From a virus: DNA of 64,000 nucleotides. The DNA is taken from the IMG/VR virus record IMGVR_UViG_3300029552_000001; one strand, given 5' to 3'. Of this stretch, positions 43,467 to 53,067 are shown piece after piece (position 1 is the stretch's first letter; every line of letters begins with the position of its first letter). The notes beneath the pieces are model-generated. The model made no database searches, had not been told where the DNA came from, and saw only the letters and a program-made list of their open reading frames with translations. Position numbers and translations under genes: made by a program.

Positions 43467-44246
43467 TTAAAATGGAAGATCATCGTCATCTCCAAAAGGA
43501 GGATATTGAGGAGGTTGCTGGTATGATGGAGGAGGTGTCTGCTGCTGGGCCTGCGCCTGATATGACGGTGGGGGCGTTTGCGTTGTAGCCTCACCATCAT
43601 TGTTTTGGATTGCCGACTGAGCAGGTTTCACACCATCTGTTTTAATGCTTTGAATATACTTATTAAGTACCTGATAGGCGAAAGCGTCTTGGGCGGTATA
43701 ATCAAACTTCTTGTTACCCATAATATCCGTGCTCTCAACCCTGTCAGGCCATCCATTCTGTCCATTCTTATAATATTGCTGGATAAGCTCATCTTTTCCG
43801 TCTGGAGTCTCCCTAGCGTATGAGATAAAGAAATTACCAGGAGCGTATTGCTCTCCTTTTTTAGTATGCGCAGGATTGATAACAATCTTCCGTTTTAGGT
43901 CGATATTAGGCAAGTATCTTACAAGAGACTTAACATAGCTGTTAATACCGCCTCTTGAGGTCATCAACGGAACTTTTATAACATAATTACCTTCCTCATC
44001 GCTTATCTTTATAAATAAGAAATTTGTCTTAGCGCCATTCATCTCCTGCTCTAATACAAAAATATCGGAAAGATATCCTTCTATACCGTTCCAGAAAACC
44101 CTCCAGTAGGATACGGCTCCTGTCTTCTCATTTATATGTTCCTCGAAACCTTCCTTAGGATCTCTTGACGATTGATATAATACGCCACCTCCACTTATAT
44201 TAAAGTATTGTGTATTAGATGATAATTGATTTTCACGAACTCCCAT
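43467..44246 (-). CDS. ssb: single-stranded DNA-binding protein
   Basis: A Q/P-rich linker (PPPSYQAQAQQQTPPPSYQQPPQYPP) ends in the acidic tip GDDDDLPF, the hallmark SSB C-terminal tail. It sits in the replication and recombination cluster. Confidence 0.7.
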   Translation of the reverse strand: MGVRENQLSSNTQYFNISGGGVLYQSSRDPKEGFEEHINEKTGAVSYWRVFWNGIEGYLSDIFVLEQEMNGAKTNFLFIKISDEEGNYVIKVPLMTSRGGINSYVKSLVRYLPNIDLKRKIVINPAHTKKGEQYAPGNFFISYARETPDGKDELIQQYYKNGQNGWPDRVESTDIMGNKKFDYTAQDAFAYQVLNKYIQSIKTDGVKPAQSAIQNNDGEATTQTPPPSYQAQAQQQTPPPSYQQPPQYPPFGDDDDLPF

Positions 44247-44264
44247 ATTATATATATTTAAACG

Positions 44265-45365
44265 TTAAACAATAATTGATGATGACAAGAAATACTCGTT
44301 CTTATTATCCTCCCCATAAACCTTATTGAAATGAGATTTATGATCATGCTCGATAACTATCCTATTACACGATATGCTTTTTATGATACCCAGATATCTT
44401 CCACATAACACGTTGCATACAATATCTTCACCATAATGAGACAAAGGGGTAAGTCTTTCCTTACATGATTTACCTGAAGACGGGTTCTCTGACATAATAT
44501 CGCATCCTTTATCGGTAAATATCAACTTGCAATGATCGAATTCATTTACCTTAAGATTGTTTTGGAGGGCTTGGACGAGTAGATCCTTATCAAAGACATA
44601 GGTACTTGTTTTGACAAAATGCTCGTCCACGAACCTCCAATTTGGATAATTACCCTCAAAATGGGTCTCATACATATCCATATCAGGCGTAGAGAAATAA
44701 GTCTTAGTATCGTCCACTTTTATAGACAACATATCCGATGACTTATTGATATGCTTATCAAGCAATATCGCAGATTCGTTCGATACCGGGATAAACATCT
44801 TCTCTACCTTATCCTGATTAGGGACAAAATACCTGTAAATAGTATTTCTATCCGTACTTACTATATTGATATTAATATCATCAATATCAATTACCACATT
44901 CTCGATGCATGGATAAAAGTCATCTACCTCCGTATAATCGCTGGCTTTGTTAAGAACCGAAACATAATCGCTCATCTTAACCTTAATTCCTCCATCAAGT
45001 ATCTTATGTACCTGCGGGAATGTATTGATATCAAAAGCCGGACAACTATACTCACCAGAAGCATAGCAGATCGTTATCTGATCTTTTTTATCTGAAAGCA
45101 GTATCGTAATCTCGCAATTCTTCTGTTTTTTCATGAACTTAATAAAAGAGCTTGCCTCTACCAAGAAAGAGAAGTTAGAGTCAGCCTCGACCTCCAATCG
45201 CTCTATAACACATACCTTGGCATTTACGGAAGTGATATAAGCCAGATTATTGACAACATCTATCTTAAGATCCTTATAAAGGGAGTTGGAACCGGCGTTC
45301 TTAACCACCGTCTCCAGTTTACCCAACTTCTCATTTAATGACTTCGACAAGCATCTTATAAGCAT
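44265..45365 (-). CDS. DNA polymerase sliding clamp (DnaN-like), start moved to ATG 45365
   Basis: Its ~366 aa size and N-terminal layout (LETVVKNAGSNSLYKDLKIDV..LAYITSVNAKV..CPAFDINTFPQ) resemble beta-clamps. It lies next to SSB and RuvC. The track start is a TTG inside the promoter box. Confidence 0.5.
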   Translation of the reverse strand: MLIRCLSKSLNEKLGKLETVVKNAGSNSLYKDLKIDVVNNLAYITSVNAKVCVIERLEVEADSNFSFLVEASSFIKFMKKQKNCEITILLSDKKDQITICYASGEYSCPAFDINTFPQVHKILDGGIKVKMSDYVSVLNKASDYTEVDDFYPCIENVVIDIDDININIVSTDRNTIYRYFVPNQDKVEKMFIPVSNESAILLDKHINKSSDMLSIKVDDTKTYFSTPDMDMYETHFEGNYPNWRFVDEHFVKTSTYVFDKDLLVQALQNNLKVNEFDHCKLIFTDKGCDIMSENPSSGKSCKERLTPLSHYGEDIVCNVLCGRYLGIIKSISCNRIVIEHDHKSHFNKVYGEDNKNEYFLSSSIIV

Positions 45366-45389
45366 AACGAACAACTTTTTATTACATCG

Positions 45390-45397
45390 CAAATGTA
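45390..45397 (-). promoter_or_regulatory. Bacteroidota-type -7 box (TACATTTG on minus strand)
   Basis: Plus strand reads CAAATGTA, 25 nt upstream of ATG 45365. Confidence 0.35.
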
Positions 45398-45440
45398 ATC
45401 ATAATTATATTAATACAAATACAATAAATACTTAATAGTA

Positions 45441-46025
45441 TTAAAATAGTTTAAACTTACGTCTAATATACTCGGCTATAAGCGTGGCATCACACATTCC
45501 GTCTTGTATCTTAGTAGGTTGCACTCCTTTCCCTGACCATGGTTTCACGAAAGAGACCAAAGGGAAAAGGCGCATGGCGCATCGGATGGAGGTAGCCTTC
45601 GTGTCTAACTTCGCCGCCGTATACACCCGATCGGATGTCGTATGAAGCTCCTTCTGCCAGGTCTTTGGTTGCACCTCCTCGAACATGAACCTAACATCCG
45701 GGTGAGATCCGTATCGCTCCATCATCTCCACCATCATAGCGAATAGGGCGTTCGGTTCCCGGCGTCTCCCGCCAAAGGTGAAGTTGCTGGCTGCCGAGCT
45801 GTTGTGGATGCTATGGACGTCCTCGACGGCGATCGCCAGCGTCCCGCCTCCCTTTTCTTGGATCTTGTCAGCGGCATCGAGGAAGAAGCTTGATATAGCC
45901 CTAAGATCTATATCCCCCTTAGCCGATATCCTTGGAGTCATGATTACCTTAACCTCGCCATTCTCAGGGATCATCGCCAATCCTCCGGTATCTATACCCG
46001 GATCTATTCCTATCGCTATATTCAT
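45441..46025 (-). CDS. RuvC-like Holliday junction resolvase
   Basis: MNIAIGIDPGIDTGGLAMI holds the first catalytic Asp and LAIAVEDVH holds the Glu. It is 194 aa. Confidence 0.7.
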   Translation of the reverse strand: MNIAIGIDPGIDTGGLAMIPENGEVKVIMTPRISAKGDIDLRAISSFFLDAADKIQEKGGGTLAIAVEDVHSIHNSSAASNFTFGGRRREPNALFAMMVEMMERYGSHPDVRFMFEEVQPKTWQKELHTTSDRVYTAAKLDTKATSIRCAMRLFPLVSFVKPWSGKGVQPTKIQDGMCDATLIAEYIRRKFKLF

Positions 46026-47209
46026 AAAGAGCAGTATTGAATTATTAATCTATTCTCGGTAATATCTTTAATCATATCCATAACATCATCCACAGATATA
46101 TTGTCATATGATTTATATAAATCCATTACCCCATTAAGTCTTGATCTTACAAAAGATATATAGGCATCGTGGTAATCCTCAATATTCATTATATTCAATC
46201 TATCATTTAATTTAATCATTCTTATAGCATATTCTATGTTGTCATTATTTGCTATAAGCTTAAAGTTATTAATATAATCAATCACATAATCTTTTGTGAT
46301 CTCACATTTATCTGGGCTTACGTCAATTATCAAGTTGGCTACTATTCTATTCGTGCATTCTATATATCTCCTATTTACTGAATAACATAATCCGTTAGAT
46401 CTAAGATAATTAAACATAGAGAAATTATAATTATCACACATCATAGATAATATGATAAGCAACACGCACAATTTATTAAAATCATAATTATCTAATACAA
46501 ATGATACATATAACTGTTTGGGATTTTTAGTATATTTATAAACACCATATTTAGGACCATGAACATGGAAATATTTAAGACTATTACGATAGTATGTATT
46601 AATATCAACTTCATTTGATAATTCCGTTATATCTGATACATATTTATTCATAAAATCATCACATCCATATAAATGAAATACCATTTCTGACTTATTCAAT
46701 ATCGTATCTCGGCACATATAAAGATCATCCCTTGTTATTTTGCTGACATACCTTTTAGTACCTAATGTGTTTATAAAACAACGTTTATCTATTCCAGATA
46801 GTTTTATAAGTCTATCTATATTAATACATGATTCATCATTATCAATTTCAGTCAATATAACATTCCTCTCACTTTCTATAAGATCTTCACTTATGTCTGG
46901 ATATACGATAAAATTATAAGAAAAATCAATACACTTCTTGGTATCAACATCAGGCAATGTAAATCCTTTAAATACTAATGATCTAGGATCTGTATATCCA
47001 TTAAAATCAAAGAATAACTTATCACTAATATCATCATTGCATTTTATTATCATATGTTCATAAAAATGAGATAATCCATTCTTTGATGATAATATAGAAC
47101 TAATATCAGGTATCTCAGCGCATACGAACCCAATAGGTATATTCATACCGCTATTGTAATAAAAACATCTACATCCTAGATCTTTTATCAGTCCAGTGTA
47201 TATTTTCAT
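46022..47209 (-). CDS. M16 (insulinase/pitrilysin)-like metallopeptidase
   Basis: GLSHFYEHMIIKC carries the inverted zincin HxxEH motif in the usual N-terminal position. The gene is very AT-rich. Confidence 0.5.
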   Translation of the reverse strand: MKIYTGLIKDLGCRCFYYNSGMNIPIGFVCAEIPDISSILSSKNGLSHFYEHMIIKCNDDISDKLFFDFNGYTDPRSLVFKGFTLPDVDTKKCIDFSYNFIVYPDISEDLIESERNVILTEIDNDESCINIDRLIKLSGIDKRCFINTLGTKRYVSKITRDDLYMCRDTILNKSEMVFHLYGCDDFMNKYVSDITELSNEVDINTYYRNSLKYFHVHGPKYGVYKYTKNPKQLYVSFVLDNYDFNKLCVLLIILSMMCDNYNFSMFNYLRSNGLCYSVNRRYIECTNRIVANLIIDVSPDKCEITKDYVIDYINNFKLIANNDNIEYAIRMIKLNDRLNIMNIEDYHDAYISFVRSRLNGVMDLYKSYDNISVDDVMDMIKDITENRLIIQYCSL

Positions 47210-47472
47210 ATTTTAATCGTATATAATGAATGAAAATCCTCCGGTCTAAACACCTGTATCGATTTATCTGGGTACATACCTATATAATAACCGTAAAAAG
47301 CCCGTAGAATACCATTTTCTAGCCTTATATCCAATGCCTTTACCTTATTCCCTTCAACCATAACATCAACCTCATCAGTCTTGTTAGATATCTTATCGAA
47401 CCATTCAGGTACAGGATCAATACCGTACCTGAATGCGTTTACCGTTGATTTTATTGAGATATATGTTCCCAT
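47206..47472 (-). CDS. hypothetical protein (88 aa from ATG 47472; track start 47520)
   Basis: The internal ATG removes the 47-nt overlap with the upstream gene. Confidence 0.45.
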   Translation of the reverse strand: MGTYISIKSTVNAFRYGIDPVPEWFDKISNKTDEVDVMVEGNKVKALDIRLENGILRAFYGYYIGMYPDKSIQVFRPEDFHSLYTIKI

Positions 47473-47473
47473 A

Positions 47474-47833
47474 TTAGATAAGATTACAATCGTCTCGTTT
47501 AACAACCTTAAAATCGCCATTTCTAAGTAATATCGCTACATCAGATCTCGTATATGTGAGAGGCGTATACGATACCAAATGATAAGAAGCCTGTCCTGTC
47601 GCTGGTCGAACCGGTCTTAATACGGCTATGGCTATATCGCCGCCAAGTTCCGTACCACCGGTGACACCCTGTAGGCACATGTATATGAATCCCTCATACT
47701 CATATTTCTTCCCGATAAATTCACTCATGGGAATACCTACGAACAGATAGTTCTTTACATCCCCCTTCTTAACCTCGACAGCGTTCTCTACGCTGGATGG
47801 TATTACGTCTACAAATTTTACTCCTATTGCCAT
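47474..47833 (-). CDS. hypothetical protein (119 aa)
   Basis: ORF track. Confidence 0.55.
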   Translation of the reverse strand: MAIGVKFVDVIPSSVENAVEVKKGDVKNYLFVGIPMSEFIGKKYEYEGFIYMCLQGVTGGTELGGDIAIAVLRPVRPATGQASYHLVSYTPLTYTRSDVAILLRNGDFKVVKRDDCNLI

Positions 47834-47835
47834 GA

Positions 47836-48822
47836 TTACAAATTCAATTTAGTTCTTAACTCTTGACACAATTCTTGATTATCTCTCATGATAATTAACG
47901 TATTATCCACCCCATTCCCTACCCGGACATCCCCGTACCAGTACCATGATCCCTTACGGGTAAAGATACCTGTTTCCTCGCATAACTTCAAAAGTTCAAG
48001 TTCCTTGTCAAACCCAACTCCATAATATAAGGCTGTCTCGGCTATCTGGAACGGTACGGCGGTCTTATTCTTCAGCACCTTTATCCTGACCTCATGACCT
48101 ACTGAAGATCCGTCCTCACCTAATATAACCTTCTTTCTCGCCATCTCCATACGGATAGAGGCATAGAACTTAAGAGCGTTACCTCCGGTCGTTACCTTAG
48201 GATCTCCGTATATAACACCGATCTTCTCCCGATACTGATTGATGAATACCAGAACACAGTCGCTTTTGTTTACGATCCCTGTAAGAACTCTCATAGCCTT
48301 TGACATCAATCGAGCTTGCAATCCCATGTTACTATCCTCCATATCACCCTCGATCTCCTTCTTCGGGACTAGATTTGCCACGGAATCCACGACAATAAAT
48401 CCTACCCTGCCGGACTCCACCAGCTTAGCCGTGATGTCAATAGCCAGCTCACCGTAGCTTGGCTGGGAGATCAAAAACCGGTTTATATCCAATCCCATTT
48501 TCCTAGCGTACTCAATATCAAAAGCGTTCTCCACGTCTATTATAGCTACCAGCTTATCGGGATGTTTTTTCTGGAACTCGATCATACTTAACGTACACAT
48601 CATGGTCTTGCCACAAGATTCCATGCCGACCAGCTCATGGATCCGGCCTACCGCCCATCCGCCGCCGAGGGCCTTGTCCACCACCAGCGAACCAGTGCTT
48701 TCCCTTGGTATGGATATTATAGGCTTATCATCGCCGAAGTTCATTATCGAGCCTTCTCCAAGCTCTTTATTTAAAGATGATACTAATTCATCTACGTCTG
48801 AAAAAAGTTCTTTCTTAGCCAT
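47836..48822 (-). CDS. recA: RecA-family recombinase
   Basis: GRIHELVGMESCGKTMMCTL is Walker A in RecA context. FIVVDSVANLVPK is Walker B and LVFINQYREKIG is the L2 region. Confidence 0.85.
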   Translation of the reverse strand: MAKKELFSDVDELVSSLNKELGEGSIMNFGDDKPIISIPRESTGSLVVDKALGGGWAVGRIHELVGMESCGKTMMCTLSMIEFQKKHPDKLVAIIDVENAFDIEYARKMGLDINRFLISQPSYGELAIDITAKLVESGRVGFIVVDSVANLVPKKEIEGDMEDSNMGLQARLMSKAMRVLTGIVNKSDCVLVFINQYREKIGVIYGDPKVTTGGNALKFYASIRMEMARKKVILGEDGSSVGHEVRIKVLKNKTAVPFQIAETALYYGVGFDKELELLKLCEETGIFTRKGSWYWYGDVRVGNGVDNTLIIMRDNQELCQELRTKLNL

Positions 48823-50231
48823 TATAATCCAAATTCCTCAAAGTTAAATAAATCCTGTTGCTTCTTTATCATACCCTTACCGATATCAGATATTTTCTCC
48901 GGCAGGAACACTCCATCGTTATCATCCACCTTCTCCATGAAATTTGATACATTCTCACTTAACAATATCGCGTTATCATTAGGTACTGATTTTAGATAAA
49001 GACCATCAATTGATCTACACCTTGAAAGAGCGGTATATATCTGACCGGTCTCAAAAGCCCTACTCATATCAACGAATATATTGTCTAATGTCATCCCCTG
49101 AACTTTATGAGAAGTGATAGCGTATCCTAATCTTAACGGATATTGGATGATATAACCACAAGACGTTCCTTCTAAAGATCCATCTACTTGCCTATATTTC
49201 ATTTTATCCCATTTTCCCTTAGTTATATAAACCTCACTTCCATCGGAAAGCTGAACCGATATAGCGTCATCACATGGGTCTATATCTGTTACTACACCCA
49301 TAGAACCATTCACATATCCATTACCGTTCCTCGTTATTATAACCTTAGCTCCTACTTTTATTATAAGTTCATCCTCACATGGAGCCGCAGGTTTTTCACC
49401 GAATATCTTAGCCTCGAATTTAAATACCTTATTCTCTATCTTATCAAGATTAGATTTGTTTATCTCATAAGCCTCCTTATTGGTTGAGCATATTACTATA
49501 GTATCATTCATATTCTCAGGGTATATCACCCTTGATTTTAGGATAGATCTAGATTCCTCTGTAATAACCCCACATCTTATATCCTCCAATACAGACAAAA
49601 GTTGTGGGTCTTTTTGACGGAATACCTTATCGAAGGTAATTACCGAGAATCCTGAGGCTCTTAATGCCTTTGACGAGAAAAAGAATCGGCTTTCATAATA
49701 CTTATCAATAAAATCATCAACGGTCACTACAGGAGGTAATTGTGACAGATCGCCGAACATAATCAGCCTAACTCCACCAAAAGGTTCCCTGCTTCGTTTG
49801 CATTGTCTAAGTATATCGGCAACCTCATCAAGCAAATCGGGTCTTACCATACTAATCTCATCGATAACGATAGTATCAAGATTCTTGACCTTGCTTTTCA
49901 TGAACGGACTTACATCAACCTTATTTGATAACATATTCCTCTCTACTGAGGGGATGTAAGGATCGTTTTTTATAGCGAAGAAAGAGTGAATGGTTTGTCC
50001 TCCGGCGTTCAGGGCCGCAACACCAGTGGGGGCTACTATAACACATTTACCCAAGAACTTTACGATACGTCTCATGAACGTACTTTTACCACTACCAGCT
50101 CTACCGGTAATAAATAGATTCTCCCTAGTGGTGAAAATCTTTTTCAAGGCACGACCTTGCTCCACGTTTTTATCCACCGTCATAATATGACGAAGGAGGT
50201 CGTTTTCATTTTTAAAATCTTCTTTTACCAC
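48822..50231 (-). CDS. Pif1/RecD-like SF1 DNA helicase (GTG start)
   Basis: ITGRAGSGKSTFM is Walker A and TIVIDEISMV is Walker B. ITSHKVQGMTLD is the C-terminal SF1B motif. Confidence 0.8.
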   Translation of the reverse strand: MVKEDFKNENDLLRHIMTVDKNVEQGRALKKIFTTRENLFITGRAGSGKSTFMRRIVKFLGKCVIVAPTGVAALNAGGQTIHSFFAIKNDPYIPSVERNMLSNKVDVSPFMKSKVKNLDTIVIDEISMVRPDLLDEVADILRQCKRSREPFGGVRLIMFGDLSQLPPVVTVDDFIDKYYESRFFFSSKALRASGFSVITFDKVFRQKDPQLLSVLEDIRCGVITEESRSILKSRVIYPENMNDTIVICSTNKEAYEINKSNLDKIENKVFKFEAKIFGEKPAAPCEDELIIKVGAKVIITRNGNGYVNGSMGVVTDIDPCDDAISVQLSDGSEVYITKGKWDKMKYRQVDGSLEGTSCGYIIQYPLRLGYAITSHKVQGMTLDNIFVDMSRAFETGQIYTALSRCRSIDGLYLKSVPNDNAILLSENVSNFMEKVDDNDGVFLPEKISDIGKGMIKKQQDLFNFEEFGL

Positions 50232-50251
50232 ATCTTTTTATGTTTATGGTA

Positions 50252-50259
50252 CAAAGATA
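50252..50259 (-). promoter_or_regulatory. Bacteroidota-type -7 box (TATCTTTG on minus strand)
   Basis: Plus strand reads CAAAGATA, 21 nt upstream of the helicase start. Confidence 0.35.
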
Positions 50260-50334
50260 CGAATAGTTATAATTAACTATTAAAAATAAATGTGAATAAT
50301 ATATAAATATTAAATTTTATATCTGATACTCAAA

Positions 50335-51423
50335 TCATCCAGCTTTACTCATCTCGGACCCTTTTACCCCTAAAAAGACGTCTTTTATAAAATCTTCGGC
50401 GATGATTATATGCATTATCTTTCCTCTGTATGATAGTCTTAGGTGTCCGATAGTTACGTTCTTCCTATCTTTGGTATTAACTATTCCGTTGTTTTTCTTT
50501 ACCTCATCATATAAATCGGATATAGTCTTACAGCACATACTAAGAACTTCTTTTATCATCCGATATACCGTTCTTTGGGATATTAGCATCATACCTTCTT
50601 TTGATAACTTTATATTCAATCTATCCATAAGATATGACACATTGAATTTGACAGTTCTTTTTTTAGTTACCTTATATATCTTATTTATATTTCTGTTTCT
50701 AGCTGAGAATATTATTTTTGATAACATCTTGACTCTATTTAATTTACGACTTTTGTTAGCCATCCATCTTCTGGTATTCGAATCAAGATTTTTATCAAGG
50801 CAGGTATATACAGATTCTCCTTTCTTTACAAACATATCCTTTATCCTTGGGGTCTTACTAGCCCTATGCTTGTATTTTATGATATCCGATAAAGCTATCA
50901 TAATCTCTCCTTCAGCCCAAGCCTTTAAGCTTATAAGCTGGTAGTTCATATCCTCATGAGAATCCCTTAACACATGACGGTAGCAGAAATAAGCACATCC
51001 ATCTGATAGGATATCAATAAAATCATTGGTATTGATCTCTATCTGATCTCTATTCCCGCCATGCATCCTATTTCTTAGAAACACATGTTTGAATACGTTT
51101 ATGATAATAAGATATATCATTGCCATCTTACATTCATCACTGATCTGAATACCTGATCCATGATACTCCTCATGTTTCAATGAATATTTTATAGCTGTCA
51201 CTTTTTTGCCTTCCTTATTGGTAACAGGTTTAAAATCGACTGGACATATAAGTGACCCGGCTGGAAGTTTTACGCATCCTAGCTCATCTTTTTTGGCCTG
51301 AATATTACGTGGAGTATATCTTTCGGTAAGAATCTTATCGAAATTTGATTTCATTATATGTAAAATTCCTATCTTTGTTCCCATAGTAGATTTTATTTTC
51401 TGCGAATATACAAGTTTCATCAA
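50335..51423 (-). CDS. hypothetical protein (362 aa), first gene of the minus-strand block
   Basis: ORF track. Confidence 0.6.
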   Translation of the reverse strand: MMKLVYSQKIKSTMGTKIGILHIMKSNFDKILTERYTPRNIQAKKDELGCVKLPAGSLICPVDFKPVTNKEGKKVTAIKYSLKHEEYHGSGIQISDECKMAMIYLIIINVFKHVFLRNRMHGGNRDQIEINTNDFIDILSDGCAYFCYRHVLRDSHEDMNYQLISLKAWAEGEIMIALSDIIKYKHRASKTPRIKDMFVKKGESVYTCLDKNLDSNTRRWMANKSRKLNRVKMLSKIIFSARNRNINKIYKVTKKRTVKFNVSYLMDRLNIKLSKEGMMLISQRTVYRMIKEVLSMCCKTISDLYDEVKKNNGIVNTKDRKNVTIGHLRLSYRGKIMHIIIAEDFIKDVFLGVKGSEMSKAG

Positions 51424-51952
51424 TACGAAACAAGTTATTCAGATGGATGGGTAGCCTGTGAAGGTCACCCATTTGTTGTTTATACGAAATTATCGTAATA
51501 AATTAGAGAGGGTAAATCACTGTGTTTGTGAAAGATCATTTTTGACACAACACTTGTTACGCGTGCGTTAATAGGTATATTTATTAAATATAATTAACTC
51601 TATAAACATATACTACTTTCTAATATCTCTATCCGTACACAGAACCTCTCCTGACGTCGAGTTCCTGTGTACTCCACTTAAAGTCTCTATTTAATAAAAC
51701 ATTGCTTTTTACCGCCAAGATATGGCGCCGTCATGCAGGATACCGCAGGCTAAACCTGATAGAAGCCGTATCCTATACCGGAAGCCGGTACCCCGGTAGA
51801 GAGATCGGGTGGAGCATAAGCCAAAGAAGAAAAAGCGAGGTCTTGTACGATCGCTCGCGCTCCGGCCGTCCGTATCTTCTACGGCAGGCTCCATCGCCCA
51901 AGGCTTCCCATTTCCCCTTGGCTTTATATCCCATATCATGGCATGAAGGAAT

Positions 51953-52113
51953 CCAAAGGGAAAAGGTGTGGTCATGTCCCGTGAGGCAGGATAGGGCTGT
52001 CCACCGCCGCTCGGAGGCATGTATGGTCTGTGCTCCACTGGCCTCGTTGCCGTGGCTTACGGTGGACTTATCTGGCTTTCCTCCGCCACTTCCACCGCCT
52101 TTTCCCATTTGGA
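51953..52113. repeat. large GC-rich inverted-repeat element (~161 bp) with CCAAAGGGAAAAGG arms
   Basis: CCAAAGGGAAAAGGTG (51953-51968) compares with the reverse complement of 52094-52113 (CCAAATGGGAAAAGGCGGTG). A mini-hairpin CCAAGG/CCTTGG lies at 51898-51921. Confidence 0.45.
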
Positions 52114-52190
52114 TGTTCTTAAATACATGTTAATCAGCATATATTATGTTGATTATGGCATAATTTCTTGACAACGATATTTTTTTTAAG

Positions 52191-52198
52191 TAGTTTTG
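52191..52198 (+). promoter_or_regulatory. Bacteroidota-type -7 box (TAGTTTTG)
   Basis: Lies 18 nt upstream of ATG 52216, at the head of the plus-strand late block. Confidence 0.4.
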
Positions 52199-52215
52199 CT
52201 GAAAACTAATTTTAT

Positions 52216-52629
52216 ATGGCTGAGCAAAGGAAAGCTTTCGTATTTGCGTTGCCTTATGATACTAGACTGGATATGATCCAGCAATTCTTAAGGATATACA
52301 ACGGCTATCTGGATTCTAAGGGTAAGAGCTTGATTACCGAAAGGACGATAAACTTACTTTCTTTCTACATCAATTACGGATACTCGGATGATACCAGAGC
52401 CAAGTACATGGATTGTTATGGACAAAAGGAATCTTATATCGCTGTCCTTAACAATGAGCTAAAGCGTGGCGGTTTTTTAGTAGATAAAAAGAACGGAAAT
52501 TTCCGTACCCGTGAGCTGTCTATTGAGATGAGAAGCCTACGTAATTATTTTGTTCTTGACGGGGAGGGTGATGACACCCGTGTAATGGGATTCGTATTCA
52601 AGAGAAACAAACTTAATATTGATGGATAG
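52216..52629 (+). CDS. hypothetical protein (137 aa)
   Basis: ORF track. Confidence 0.6.
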   Translation: MAEQRKAFVFALPYDTRLDMIQQFLRIYNGYLDSKGKSLITERTINLLSFYINYGYSDDTRAKYMDCYGQKESYIAVLNNELKRGGFLVDKKNGNFRTRELSIEMRSLRNYFVLDGEGDDTRVMGFVFKRNKLNIDG

Positions 52630-53062
52630 GAGTCTTATTTCGTTCGACAGGGATATTGTCGATGAGGTGGTGAGAAGATCTGGAGGAAAATATACCAAGC
52701 AACAGGTCGAGTGGTGCATGAAAGCATCCGTATCTTATATCCATCATCTCGCCAGATATACCGATAATATATCTATCAGGATCCCGTTTATCGGATACGT
52801 TATCTGCAATCTCCGTGAGATGCGTGTAAGACGTGATAAGATACGTAGGATATTTGTCAAGGAGGGTAATCGTTATCCAGACGAAAGGATGCCTATTGAG
52901 CTTGATTGTTTGGATAAGAAGATAAAGGTGATAGAAGGTATGGAGGGATTGAAGAACGGAGATCCCCTTATACGTGACAATCATGAGGCTATGTACCAAT
53001 GCCGGTATGGCATGACATGGGAACAGTTACAGGATTTTCAACAACAACAATTTAAAAAATAA
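52619..53062 (+). CDS. hypothetical protein (147 aa)
   Basis: ORF track. ISIRIPFIGYV is faintly HU/IHF-like but not convincing. Confidence 0.55.
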   Translation: MMDRSLISFDRDIVDEVVRRSGGKYTKQQVEWCMKASVSYIHHLARYTDNISIRIPFIGYVICNLREMRVRRDKIRRIFVKEGNRYPDERMPIELDCLDKKIKVIEGMEGLKNGDPLIRDNHEAMYQCRYGMTWEQLQDFQQQQFKK

Positions 53063-53067
53063 TTATC

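Noticed and set aside
51835-51858. GCGAG..CTCGC plus T-run as a confident terminator feature.
   Set aside because: The stem is only 5 bp with a 14-nt loop. I kept it as a remark within the divergent-region finding rather than as a feature.
51702-52133. ORFs of 109-143 aa on both strands in the divergent region (51702..52133 +, 51709..52038 -, 51773..52108 -).
   Set aside because: The mutually overlapping ORFs in several frames, the low-complexity Gly/Pro/Arg-rich products and the dense inverted repeats fit GC-rich non-coding DNA better than genes.
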